A stretch of DNA of 64,000 nt. It comes from Eledone cirrhosa. Taxonomy: Eukaryota. Below are positions 14,165 to 27,429 of this stretch, piece by piece. The notes under the pieces are model-generated. The model searched no databases and had not been told where the DNA came from. It worked only from the letters and a program-made list of their open reading frames with translations. A program made the translations under genes and the position numbers. Position 1 is the first letter of the stretch, and the number at the start of each line of letters is the position of its first letter. The stretch covers positions 32,364,001 to 32,428,000 of the forward strand of contig OZ024749.1 of NCBI GenBank assembly GCA_964016885.1, read 5' to 3'.

Positions 14165-14335
14165 CTCTTCAAATTCATAAGGAATGTTGGTTTCGCTGAA
14201 ACTTTTTTTCGATAAACCTTTTCTTAGACGTTCTATAGCCGTGGGAACTTTGATACTGGTTCCTGTTGCCAAGGTAATGGTTAAGGCAATCCCTGCTTGA
14301 AACACCAGCAGCGTTAAGTGAAATGCACTCAGCAT
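14165..14335 (-). CDS. Probable host-gene exon encoding a signal peptide or membrane anchor (57 aa), product unknown
   Basis: TTTTTTCAG acceptor, A, then ATG and MLSAFHLTLLVFQAGIALTITLATGTSIKVPTAIERLRKGLSKKSFSETNIPYEFEE, then GTAAGA donor. Non-repetitive sequence with a hydrophobic N-terminus. Confidence 0.65.
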
Positions 14336-14457
14336 TCTGAAAAAAATATATATAAAGTATTTAACTATGTTATATATAATATATTGAATAAGCAACCGTA
14401 AATTTCTTGAATATAACTAAAGAAATAAATATTACAACTCTATACAATGAAGTATTG

Positions 14458-14701
14458 TACAAAGGTTGGTTGAAAAGTTGATAGGCTGAAATGTTCATAG
14501 GCTGACCAAGAAATTCTCATGGGAGAGTATATGAGAGTATATGAGAGCAAATGAGAGTACCAAATGTGGCATATTTTTTAACAGTCTCTGGAAAGAAACA
14601 GTATAGTTATTAATAAGAGTTCAAATTAATGCATGCAAGATTTCACAGCTCTAGCATCATTCCTTTATAGTCAGCCTATGCATTTTCAGCTGACCTTCGT
14701 A
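14458..14701. mobile_element. Old mariner-type MITE
   Basis: Imperfect TIRs TACAAAGGTTGGTTGAAAAGTTGATAGGCTGA / TCAGCCTATGCATTTTCAGCTGACCTTCGTA with TA ends. Confidence 0.65.
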
Positions 14702-15036
14702 ATGAGACATATTTATAATGGAAGACACTGTTTATGATTTGTAAATCATTTTGAAGATAATCGAAACTTTGTGGGGATTTAGTAATACAATTTTCTCAGT
14801 ATTAAGCTGAGTATTAACAAAAGTTCTTGCATAAAATTATGATATAATGCTTTTTAGATAAATATACAAACTTTAAAACAAACAATATTTAATCGTAAAA
14901 CCAAGATCGGTTTCAGGTGGTTTGGTTTTAAAAGAAAACAATTATATTTGGTTGGATAATCCCATCTTTATCTTCCTGTCACTTTGATAAATTTCAAAGA
15001 AAAATTCCGATTTAACACAACAAAAAAAAAAGGGGA

Positions 15037-15248
15037 CGATCGACTTCCGTTAAATCGGACCGAGGAAACAATGTTTCCATTGGTCTTTCCAATTGATAAT
15101 ACTATCTATCGGTCGCAACTCTAGGTAGAAGGAGCAACGTGAAATAAAGTGTCTTGCTCAAGAACATGCATCACTCAGTCGGGGAATCGAACTCACAACC
15201 TCACGATTGCAAATCTAATTCTCTATCCACCCAGCCACACGCCTTCAC
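15037..15248 (-). mobile_element. tRNA-derived SINE, family S2
   Basis: Homologous to 26349-26558; A and B boxes on -. Confidence 0.8.
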
Positions 15249-16267
15249 TTAGCACAACAAAGCCTTTGATATTTTATTGTTGTTGTTTCTGTTTTCGGAA
15301 TGGCACTCCATAAATAATACCATACCTGTTTTTTTTGTTTTGTTTTGTTTTTTGTATATTCCATTGAAGGTTTTATTGTTGCTGTTTTTGGTTAGTTTCT
15401 GTTTTTCGATATGGCACTGCCGGGGGTAAGTATCACAGTTGCATAAGTCTTGATATGAAGTTTTATTGTTTTGTTTTTTCTGTTTTTCATTTCATTTCTG
15501 TTTTCTGGTGTGACACTCCCCGGGAGAATATCTTTCGTTTCCACTTTTCTGTTTCTTTTCTGTTTTTGAGTACAATATTTCTGTTTCTTTTCTGTTTTTG
15601 AGCATGATACTCCTTGAGAGAATATCACAGTCTTTTATAGCTTCAACTGGAAATTTTATTGCACCTATTTTCCTTTATGTTTCATATCCGTTTCCTGTTG
15701 TTTGATTCGATTCTGTTTGTTTTAACATGTTACTTCCTGGGACAATATCGCAACTGAACATGTCTTCTTGAAGTGAAACTTTTGCTGCTTTTTTCTATTA
15801 TCCTTTCCTTTCCATTCTGTTTCTGATTCACCTTTTGTTTCTGCTTTCTATTTCCTCTTCCTGGTTTTTTCTTTTTTCTCTTTTCTGGCCAGTTTCTGTT
15901 TTTGTTTGATTTTTGTTGGGTTTTTTTTTAGGGCGGGGAGTTTCTTTATTTTTTTACATGGGACACTTTACAAAACCGCAGCTGCATATATCTTCAATTT
16001 AAATATTAATCGTCGTAGTTGTTTCTGGAGGCGTTTCCTTCGCCATAAATTCTTGCATATTTTATAATCGAAGATATGGTGGGGAGTGGGGATGTATTTA
16101 ACATTTTTATTTTTATTTATTTATTTTAGTTTTTAATAATCTTATTTTCTCTTATTTTGTTTTTATTATTTTTCTGTGGTTTTAAATTCTGTGTTTTACA
16201 GATTTATCCCCATTTAAAAAAAATACAAAGCAAGATTACAATTCATTTATAGACTTGGAATAATGGC

Positions 16268-16350
<83 letters not shown>

Positions 16351-16995
16351 TTTTTTTTTTTTTTTTTTTCTACATATTTATATTCTTGAAATAATGGTAT
16401 TAATATATATAAATATACACATATATAATTTTTTTTATTTGTACATATTTGTGTGTCTATATATATATATATATATATTCTTGAAATAATGGTATTTATA
16501 TAGCTGGAATTATACATACACTTGAACAGATATTTAGTTTCATTTTAAGAATTGATTTTAAGCTTATCAAACAGCTGTAAGCTATATTTTAAATAAGCTT
16601 AAAACCATTTCTAATATAAGCTAAATTACTTAATGGTTCTATGGGGGGGGGGGGGTGACAGGGTGGTTCTCAAAGAATAATATATTGACGTAGTTAGTAA
16701 AGCAATGAGGATTATTGAATTGTTATAGGCTGGTTAAAATATGTATATGTGTATGTGTGGCTCTGTCTGTATGTGTGTTCAGTTTTCTACGTTTATTTGT
16801 GTGTGCCTGGGGTATACCTGTGACATTTAAATATATCATTCTTGAAATGTCATATAAGATGTCACTGTGACTTTGCTGTATGCATGCACCATCCACCCAT
16901 CTCTGTCTCATTCCCGAGGGTAGGGCCTTAGTTTAGGAATGATAATAATCCCAGTTGATCTGATGGTAACGTAGCCCCTAACAAATGGAATGAAA

Positions 16996-17132
16996 TAATT
17001 GTTTCTACTTTAGGCACAAGGCCAGCAATTACCCAGTGCATTACTGGTACTTTATTTTATCGACCCCGTAAGGATGAAGGGCAAAGTCAACCTCGGCGGG
17101 ATTTGAACTCAGATTGTAAAGGGACGTAACTA
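16996..17132 (-). mobile_element. SINE family S1 copy (Meta-domain-like)
   Basis: Contains the reverse complement of TTTGCCCTTCATCCTTACGGGGTCGATAAAATAAAGTACCAG. More than 15 related copies lie in the window. Confidence 0.8.
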
Positions 17133-17779
17133 TGGAATGGAATAATGGCGAATAAAATGTCGAACCGAGAATTACAATGAAACTTCTACAGAGACTGGGA
17201 ATTTACAAATTCTAAACTTGTCAGAGTCGTTAAATGTAGAACAAAATACCTCGCGGTATTTGTTTCGACCGTCTACGACATGAGTTCAAATCCCGTCAAG
17301 ATTATCTTTTTTCTCCTTTTCGGCGTCGATATAATAAAGTACGACCAATCCTATGAGATCGATTGGCTGAACTGTTAGATTATTGGAAGCAAGTATTGCA
17401 GTATTTGTTTCATCACCTAACAATCTGAGTTCAAATCCTGCTATAGACGTCAAGGATGGTAGATTTAATCCGTCACTCTACGTTTACATCACCACTATCT
17501 GTCCCCTGAATGTCTTTAGAAGCGTCCCATTTGTTTCAAGCATTTGGGCCGGGGCTTAGTTTTGGGATATATTTCTCCCTACCTTACATCAATGTTGCAA
17601 AACCCTAAAGGAGATCTAGAGCACTGCCTTTCTCTCTTTCACTAAGCAGCTGAAAAAAAAAAATAAGAGTGAACTCCGCTAATTCCTCCGCCTCCCTCGC
17701 ACAAATGTTAGAAACCCCTAAAAGGTGCCTTGAACTCTACCTTTCACTGCTTGACTAAAAGAATAAAGACCCCCCCCCC

Positions 17780-18108
17780 TTCTGTCACGAAAGACCATGG
17801 GATTTGAACCTAGAAAGTTTCCCTCCAAGGCACAAGTCCGGGCAAAGTTGTTTGTGGAAAACTAGCAGTCTCCCATGCCTACCAGTTTCCCCCTCTCTCC
17901 ACACCACCGATGATGTCCAAGGGAAAGGCAATGGCTGGTACAGCTTGGCACCAGTGACGTCGCAACTCATTTCTACAGCTGATTAAATTGGAGCAACGTG
18001 AAATAAAGTGTCTTGCTCAAGGACACAATGCATCACCCGGTCCGGGTATCGAACTCACAACCTTCCGATTGCAAGCCCAATGCTCTAACCACTAAGCCAT
18101 GCGCCTTC
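17780..18108 (-). mobile_element. tRNA-derived SINE, S2-like head with a different tail
   Basis: On -: GGCGCATGGCTTAGTGGTTAG, GTTCGATACC, TGTCCTTGAGCAAGACACTTTATTTCACGTTGCTCC. A related head occurs at about 36495-36817. Confidence 0.75.
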
Positions 18109-18390
18109 ACATCTTCTTGACTAAAGCAACATAAAAACTAATAACAGAGTGGAATCCGCTAAAGACAGTCGAGAATCAGTTGGAGATGCTAAGTTAAATC
18201 ACACGAACGTTCACTGGAACGGGTTTCCACGTAATATCTGACTACCACTCAGTGGGATCGAACTTATTAACAACATAATTAAAAAAATATTCCATGTATG
18301 TGTGTGTGTGTGTGTATGTAGTTTTGTTTTGCATAAAAATGTATGTCTAAAAATGTCAAACTATACTTGTGATTAGATGTGCCGTATATA

Positions 18391-18506
<116 letters not shown>

Positions 18507-18656
18507 CACACACACCTGAATTCCTGAAAGCTGCAAGTAAAAAACCTTATCCGATAAGAACCAAATGAATAGAAGATAGTTTTTTTGTTTGTTTTTTACA
18601 GTACTGTATCTCTAACAACAGCATTGCTTTAGGAATGACTCTTTAGAAAAACCGCA

Positions 18657-18720
<64 letters not shown>

Positions 18721-19039
18721 ATATATATATCCATATATATATATATGCATATATATATATATATATGCACATATGTATATATATATATGCATATATATAT
18801 ATATGCATATATATATATATGCATATATATATATATGCATATATATATATATGCATATATATATATATGCATATATATATATATGCATATATATATATAT
18901 GCATATATATATATATATGCATATATATATATATGCATATATATATATATATATATGCATATATATATATATATATATATATATGCATATATATATATAT
19001 ATATATATATATGCATATATATATATATATATATATATA

Positions 19040-19091
<52 letters not shown>

Positions 19092-19195
19092 TATATATAT
19101 ATGCATATATATATATATATATGCATATATATATATATATATATATGCATATATATATATATATGCATATATATATATGATTATATATATATATA

Positions 19196-19229
<34 letters not shown>

Positions 19230-19305
19230 TATATATATATATATGCATATATATATGCATATATATATATATATGCATATATATATATGATTATATATAT
19301 ATATA

Positions 19306-19390
<85 letters not shown>

Positions 19391-19392
19391 TA
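18657..19392. repeat. (AT)n-ATGC compound microsatellite
   Basis: Repeated ATATGCATAT units. Confidence 0.9.
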
Positions 19393-19641
19393 TGTAAACC
19401 ACCAGTTTCTTATTGATACCATTTCTGAAGAAACCTGTTGGCCGTTGAAGTATACTTAAAAGATTTTTTTTTCAAATCGCACAATCTTGCATTTGGTCAC
19501 GTAAAGCCATCCAACTAGCGTCATTCTTAATGTACTTTTCGAAAAAAAAAATATTCTGTGATATAATATACGTGATATATATAATATACATAATATTACC
19601 CTGCAGCGAGTTTTTATTTGGTAAAGTGTCAGGAATATATT

Positions 19642-19721
<80 letters not shown>

Positions 19722-19752
19722 AGTGTAATTTTCTACACAAAACGAAGGTTAT

Positions 19753-20331
19753 AGAGAAAATTGAGGTTGGTAATGGCACATGGAATATATAAGAGACAGA
19801 ATACTTTTTTGTGAAAAAACATAATTTTATAAGGTAAGGAAATAATAAAGGGTATAAAAAATGACCGGTTTCGATGGGTCTGCAAAAGCCATCTTTTCAA
19901 ATGTTGATTAATATTAAGAAAAATTAATAATACGAAGAGTTAAAATTTGAGATTTGAAAATTCAAGTATAAAATTCATTGTGGGATTTCATAGCAGTTTT
20001 CATCTAGGTAGCAACAACAGGTTGACTGCTGTGTCCCTTACCAGAAAGGGACACAGCAATCAACCTGTTGTTGCTACCTAGATGAAAACTGCTATGAAAT
20101 CCCACAATGAATTTTATACTTGAATTTTCAAATCTCAAATTTTAACTCTTCGTATTATTAATTTTTCTTAATATTAATCAACATTTGAAAAGATGGCTTT
20201 TGCAGACCCATCGAAACCGGTCATTTTTTATACCCTTTATTATTTCCTTACCTTATTAATTATGTTTTTTCACAAAAAAGTATTCTGTCTCTTATATATT
20301 CCATGTGCCATTACCAACCTCAATTTTCTCT
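19753..20331. mobile_element. Fold-back element with UUGAAAA-core hammerhead
   Basis: ~285-bp arms with a short loop near 20040-20045. On +: TTGAAAA 20185, stem II GATGG/CCATC, GAAAC-CG-GTC 20213-20222. Stem I is weak. Confidence 0.8.
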
Positions 20332-20351
20332 CTATATATATATATATATAT

Positions 20352-20660
20352 TTTATTATTATTCTTTGAGTCTCAGTCATTGATGTTATTTAACTGGAAA
20401 GTTTGTTGAAATGAATATCGAGCCGCTACCTGCAGCCTCCGATATTCAGGATGTATCGGAGGGTTCTTGCTGTTCCCAGCAAGTATGCCTTTTGAAGTAT
20501 TCCAAAAAGCGGTGCTGGACTAATCTTATTTAACCATCCTTGGAAACTCTTTGAGATAGTACCGTGTGCGCCTCTGACAATCGGGACGACCTTGACTTCA
20601 TGGCAGTTCCAAATCCTTTTTACCTCCCACTTTAAGTCCTGGTATCGGTTAATTTTCTTT
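20352..20660 (-). mobile_element. 3' end of an R4/Dong-like non-LTR retrotransposon (restriction-like endonuclease C-terminus)
   Basis: On - translates KKINRYQDLKWEVKRIWNCHEVKVVPIVRGAHGTISKSFQGWLNKI...LQKAYLLGTARTLRYIL, then a stop, short UTR and (TAA)n end. Not in the ORF track. Confidence 0.8.
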
Positions 20661-20841
20661 ATATATTATATATATATTATATATATATTATATATATATA
20701 TATATTATATATATATATATATATTATATATATATATATTATATATATATATATATATTATATCTATATATATTATATATATATATATATATTATATATA
20801 TATATATTATATATATATATATATATTATATCTATATATAT

Positions 20842-20873
<32 letters not shown>

Positions 20874-21615
20874 ATATTATATATATATATATATATTATA
20901 TATATATATATTATATATATATATATATATTATATCTATATATATTATATATATATATATATATTATATATATATATATTATATATATATATTATATATA
21001 TATATATTATATCTATATATATTATATATAGAAGGATTTAAATGGATACAGTTCAGTAAAAGGAATTTATTGACACGTGTTTCAATAACAGTTATATAAC
21101 CTGAAAACAGCTACTATCTACAAAGTATTAATTATGCAGACACTCAATATTTCAATGTTATTTTCAACTATCATTTCATCAGAATAATCTCATCGAGAAC
21201 TTGTTTGGTTTTTATAGAGAACATTAAGAGGGAGGAGTGAAGTTAGAAGAATAGTTAAGGGATTGGATAGAAATTTTTTATAGCAGTGGGTAATTAGATT
21301 CCCATCTGTTGTTTTGACATTTTTATAGAATACATTATTTGGCGTTGGTTATTTTTCTAAATCTATAGAAGGATTAGAGATAGTAAAGATATGCATGGTT
21401 GGTTTTGTGTTTGCACTTAATTAACATACAGACTTAAATTTTACTTTCAAGTGTGTGTATCCTTTCGCCCACACATAGATATATGTGTATATATACTTAT
21501 TTTTTTAAAAAACATACACATTAACACACATACATATATGCACACCTCTACAAATACATACACTCACATACACATACTTACATACATATATACTTGTACA
21601 TATACATATACATAT

Positions 21616-21783
21616 ACATGGACACACTAGAAGCGGAAGACCAAGGTTAACGTATGTTGATGCCCTAAGGACAGACACTGGTCTGTTGGAGACGCAGGAC
21701 ATGGTAGCGATAATGAGGGACAGAGACCGCTGGAGAGAACTCGTCCATGGATCTCGGGAATTTTACCCGCCTTAGATAGAGAT
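21616..21783 (+). mobile_element. 3' fragment of the RTE LINE nested in the PLE
   Basis: Near-identical to 41980-42145 (GRPRLTYVDAL...REFYPP). Confidence 0.85.
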
Positions 21784-21883
21784 ACATATATATATGTACC
21801 TACATACGCATTCATGTATATACACTTTCATACTCTTCTTATCTTCATATACACACACACATATATACATACATACTCCTGTC

Positions 21884-21933
<50 letters not shown>

Positions 21934-21972
21934 CACATATACATGAATACACATACATTTAATTATACACAT

Positions 21973-22035
<63 letters not shown>

Positions 22036-22695
22036 TCACCCACTTATTTACTTATTTATATACATTTTCACCTATATACATACATATGGTCGCTTTTAGA
22101 CACATTCATTATAGCATATTCGCACCTATTCTCGCCAACATATTTATCCATTATTAGTGTGATAGTTTAAGGTTATTAATAGTACATATATATGTTGAGA
22201 AGAGATTGTTTTTATATTTTTCTAACTAGATTGAGGATTTGTATAGTTGGGAGGATGTCCCTCGTTTACGTAATATTCAGCTTGTAGTGGGGAAAAAGGG
22301 TTTTAGTTCGGTGACGGCAGAATAATGTTCGTTCAATTCTGTTATTAATCAGTTTCTTCTTGTGTATGATTATGTAATAAATCTCAAGATTACATAATTT
22401 GCAGAAATTTTGGCTCATGGAAAAGCTTTGGGTTTTAGCTAATTTCTCCCATTTTAGGGTAAACTTTTGATCGCTATCCCTGAGCATCCAAGCTTTTTCT
22501 GCTAAAGTTGTTACATTTCTTTGGCTCTGATGTTTTATTGAGTAAGAATGCCTATATAATCGAGATTTAAACGATTTAAACGAATCTAATTACCCACTGC
22601 TATCAAAAATGTCTATCCAATCCCTTAACTATTCTTCTAACTTCACTCCTCCCTCTTAATATTCTCTATAAAAACCAAACAAGTTCTCAATGAGA

Positions 22696-22816
22696 TTATT
22701 CTGATGAAATGATAGTTGAAAATAACATTGAAATATTGAGTGTCTGCATAATTAATACTTTGTAGATAGCAGCTGTTTTCAGGTTATATAACTGTTATTG
22801 AAACACGTGTCAATAA
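22696..22816 (+). ncRNA. Type-I hammerhead ribozyme with ~72-nt stem-II loop
   Basis: TTATT-CTGATGA-AATGATAGTT...AACTGTTATT-GAAAC-ACGT-GTC-AATAA. 10-bp stem II including G-U pairs, GUC site. Confidence 0.8.
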
Positions 22817-22965
22817 ATTCCTTTTACTGAACTGTATCCATTTAAATCCTTCTATTTTCTCCGGATTACTTTTGAAACTACAACTGAAACCGTCGAGCAA
22901 ACCCTACGTGAGCTGTCCATCTACTGTGTGTAATATTCATATTACAACACTACGGAAAATACTAT

Positions 22966-23034
<69 letters not shown>

Positions 23035-23035
23035 A

Positions 23036-23081
<46 letters not shown>

Positions 23082-23174
23082 ATATGTATATTATATATAT
23101 ATATATATTATATATATATATTATATATATATTATATATATATATATTATATATATAATATATATATATATTAT

Positions 23175-23668
23175 ATATTAGTGAAAAAGAACAAAGGAAC
23201 TATTATGACATTATAACAAGTTTATTGCCGACAGCCGTTTCGTCCGACCACATGGTGGGACTTATCAAGGCATATAACATGTGATTGTAAGATCATTATT
23301 TACATCAACGTATCACTCAAGGCTAGCAGTTTGAAATTGTGGTATACATCAGGAACTCCGCTTGTATAGTTGGGGTCTATATTCTAAGGGGGCTCTTTTA
23401 TATTAGTTGTCGGGGTCAGGGATTGAAGTTTTAAAAATTAGATAATATATAATTTACGCATTATATGCCTTGATAAGTCCCACCATGTGGTCGGACGAAA
23501 CGGCTGTCGGCAATAAACTTGTTATAATATCATAATAGTTCCTTTGTTCTTTTTCACTAATATTTCTGCTCTGCGTATACGCATAGAGCTTAACTAGCTA
23601 CCGTCACATATTTGGTAGGTCAGACGTGATCATCGCGATTCACATACGACCTACCATACATCTTACTT
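23175..23668. mobile_element. Fold-back element with hammerhead in both arms
   Basis: Arms 23175-23277 / 23461-23563, extension to about 23668. Confidence 0.8.
23466..23512 (+). ncRNA. Compact type-I hammerhead ribozyme, U3-A8 variant
   Basis: TGCC-TTGATAA-GTCC-CACCATGTGGTC-GGAC-GAAAC-GGCT-GTC-GGCA; predicted cut after C23508. Confidence 0.85.
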
Positions 23669-24026
23669 ATATATTATATACATTATGAAGAGAGAAGGAA
23701 CATTTAGATATAATTAGTAATAAAATGTATCATACCTAAACTGCTCCTAGATTCCTCGACTACGTAGTTTCGTGGCATAAACAAAAACAGTACATCATAA
23801 AGATATAGAGCCTTTGCGAGGTCTGCCGACTTATCAAGAGGATACCTCATTTTATAGCTTCAAGAACGCGTCTACACGACGTGAGAAAGAATCCCAAAAG
23901 GCGGAGGGGGAGATAGTCACGCGATATAACGGTCGAGAAACAGAGCTAATATATTATATATATATATATTATATATATAATATATATATATATTATATAT
24001 ATAATATATATATATATATAATATAT

Positions 24027-24057
<31 letters not shown>

Positions 24058-24088
24058 GTATATATATGTATATATATATAATATATAT

Positions 24089-24130
<42 letters not shown>

Positions 24131-24169
24131 ATAATATATATATATATATAATTATATATAATATATAAT

Positions 24170-24211
<42 letters not shown>

Positions 24212-24418
24212 ATATTATATATATATATAATATATATATATATATAATATATATATATATAATATATATATATATAATATATATATATATATAATATATA
24301 TATATATAATATATATATATATATATAATATATATATATATATAATATATATATATATAATATATATATATAATATATATATATAATATATATATATAAT
24401 ATATATATATAATTTATA

Positions 24419-24513
<95 letters not shown>

Positions 24514-25206
24514 CGACAGTCGATCGACTTTCGTCAAATCGGACCGAAGAAACAATGTTTCCGTTGGTCTTTCAAATTGCTAATATTATCTATCGGTCGC
24601 AACTCCAGGTAGAAAGAGCGAGGTGAAATAAAGTGTCTTGCTCAACGCATCGTCCGGTCGAGGGATCGAATATATATGTATATATATACCGAATATATAT
24701 GTATATATATACCAATATTCCTAGTTTCATCGTTATCTTGTCAAACACTGTATCACGCTGAATCTCGTTGAAAATTATGCTAAGTGTATAAGTGTATATG
24801 AAATGGAATGCTTAGCCAATTGCACATTAATTTCGTCAGCAGGATGGTCCGTTAATCGTATCCACTAGTACACTGTGTCGTCGGAACCGACGGAGATTCA
24901 ACAACAATCTCCATACACAGAAAAACAAATATTCTGACCATCATCGTAGATTGAAACATAGCCTATGTGTAAATAACAATGTTAATGTTGCTGATTTTTC
25001 ATCTCCGAAGATGTGTTTAATTGCCCGAAATATTACAATCTTATTAACAACTCATTTTTGACATTTAAGAAACTAAATGCTATCTGGCATTTAATCCGGC
25101 TGTCTCTAATGAAATGATTGGACTGTGTGATTCCTTTTGCATGTGAATCGGAATAATCCAATTTCATTTAACCGGCATTGTCAGAGTTTTCTATGGTGAG
25201 TAGGAG

Positions 25207-25211
25207 GCACA

Positions 25212-25244
<33 letters not shown>

Positions 25245-25606
25245 GCTGCTGCTGTTGCTACTACTACTACGGTTGCTGCTGCTGCTACTACTACTGTTGC
25301 TGCTGCTACTACTACTGTTGCTGCTGCTACTACTACTACTACTACTTCTATTACTACTACTATTATGACCTTTACTTCTACAACCACTAATTTTACTACT
25401 ACTACTACCATCTTTATTACTACAGCTACTACTTTCTCTACTACTACTACTACTACTTCTATTACTACTACTACTACCTTTACTTCTACAACCACTAATT
25501 TTACTACTACTACTACCATCTTTATTACTACAGCTACTACTTTCTCTACTACTACTACTACTTCTACTACTTTTACTACTACTACTACTACTACTTCTAC
25601 TACTTT

Positions 25607-25639
<33 letters not shown>

Positions 25640-25648
25640 TACTACTAG
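25207..25648. repeat. (TAC)n/(TGC)n trinucleotide tract with an internal duplication
   Basis: Direct inspection. Confidence 0.9.
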
Positions 25649-26047
25649 GTTAATGTGAGGTCGTTTTTGTGGTCGCTCGATTTGCTAAAAAAGCAGCCAA
25701 ATCTCATTGAAATCCTCGCCCGCCATATTAAATTTTATGTTGATGTGTAGATGATGCTGGGCTCTATCTATATGAGAGACAGGATGGTCATGGCTGGAAT
25801 GCATAGATATGGCCCATCATGGCTGACCTTGAACTGAACATTATCAATTACTGGTGTTGTTCCCAACCCATCATATGTGAGATATATCATGGCATAACAA
25901 CACATCTCTCAATTTCACGTAACTTTTGAAAATCAGCAAACTGTGAAACCGGTAAAGTTATTTCAGATAAATCTCATATATTCCAATTGCATTCAACTTC
26001 TTTTGTCAATATTTTTACGCGTGTGGGATATAAAAAAATCTTACTTT

Positions 26048-26078
<31 letters not shown>

Positions 26079-26097
26079 CTAAGAATAATGAGTTCTA

Positions 26098-26309
26098 AAC
26101 TCAAGCAGTCCTTTACAATGAAATAGCTCAAAGAAAGAAGTATTTCTGAGCCGTGTAATACAAGTTAATATAAATTAATATATATGATAAAACACAAATA
26201 CCAACATATAAGTGTTTGTATTGTAAATGACTAAGTTAGTCATTTACAATACAAACACTTATATGTTGGTATTTGTGTTTTATCATATATATTAATTTAT
26301 ATTAACTTG

Positions 26310-26312
<3 letters not shown>
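26098..26312. mobile_element. Short perfect palindrome between (TA)n runs
   Basis: Arms about 26159-26233 / 26236-26312 with an unpaired extension on the left. Confidence 0.7.
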
Positions 26313-26340
<28 letters not shown>

Positions 26341-26348
26341 ATAAAAAA

Positions 26349-26558
26349 GGCGTGTGGCTGAGTGGTTAGAGAATTGGATTCGCAATCGTAAGGTTGTGAG
26401 TTCGATTCCTGGACCAGGCGATGCGTTATGTCCTTGAGCAAGACACTTTATTTCACGTTGCTCCTTCTACCTGGAGTTGCGACCGATAGATAGCATTAGC
26501 AATTGGAAAGACCAACGGAAACATTGTTCCCTCGGTCCGATTTGACGAAAGTCGATCG
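26349..26558 (+). mobile_element. tRNA-derived SINE, family S2, full length
   Basis: A box TGGCTGAGTGG, B box GTTCGATTCC. Copies at 15037(-), 24520(-), 34447(+) and 43753(-). Confidence 0.85.
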
Positions 26559-26582
26559 TTCCTATATATATATATATATATA

Positions 26583-26822
26583 TAAAGAAAATTTCGCTCT
26601 ACATGGCTGAATACAATAAATGTAATCTGAGTTTTTAGAATATTAATAATAACAGTCGAATCGTTTGCAATTATGCAAACAAGCCTCAATTTTATAGCCA
26701 TGTCAGTAGAATGAACACTTCATTCTTGCTCTTGTGTTGGCATGCATGGCTATAAAATTGAGGCTTGTTTTCATAATTGCAAACGAATCGAATGTTATTA
26801 TTAATATTCGAAAAACTCAGAT

Positions 26823-26827
<5 letters not shown>
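26583..26827. mobile_element. Fold-back element between (TA)n runs
   Basis: Arms about 26620-26702 / 26745-26827. Confidence 0.7.
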
Positions 26828-26875
<48 letters not shown>

Positions 26876-27083
26876 CGAAGGAAGTGTGGTAAGGAACAGG
26901 TTGACCATAATGCACCAGTTCAGAACTACCTGTCGAAACGGCCGGCGGAGCTCAGCCGTCGAGGTCCTGACTCTTTTCCTATATATATATATATGTCCCC
27001 CACCTACCCCCCACTCTCCTGAGCGTGAATTTAATAAACATTTATTGTACTGCCTCTCTGTTCTGTCCCTGTTCAAATTTTTC

Positions 27084-27157
<74 letters not shown>

Positions 27158-27429
27158 TAGATATGTGTGTGTGTGTGTGCGCGTGCGTGTGCGTGTGCGT
27201 GTGCGTGTGCGTGTGTGTGTGTGTGTGTGTAAAGATTTCACGCAGTAGAACCGAACCCGGCATCTCATGGTCGCTGGTTGGGAAGTGAACTACTTAACGC
27301 CTTTCTCATTACTATTATAGCCACCTTCTAACATTATTCTACCTCTCACTCCTACAACTAATTAATTATTTTTATTTTATTTGTATCTTCCTCTCTGTTT
27401 TGTGTTCTTATTCTTATTTTCCCAAGATA

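Larger units (their letters stand above)
21030..22972 (-). mobile_element. 5'-truncated Penelope-like element with inverted pLTR
   Basis: GIY-YIG C-terminal part on - at 22266-22580 (TTLAEKAW..FTLKW..CKLCNLE..FCRH). Inverted arms 21030-21301 / 22583-22854, extension to 22972, hammerhead at 22696-22816. Confidence 0.85.

Noticed and set aside
14165-14335. Assignment to cephalopod chemotactile/Cys-loop receptors or IL-17
   Set aside because: Only a superficial resemblance (leader plus helix, or a lone Cys); no diagnostic motif is present in the window.
25178-25658. Thr-rich mucin-like ORF
   Set aside because: (TAC)n repeat open in multiple frames, with no exon boundaries seen.
26349-26420. 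Functional tRNA gene
   Set aside because: It continues into a multicopy SINE body and lacks a proper acceptor stem and terminator.
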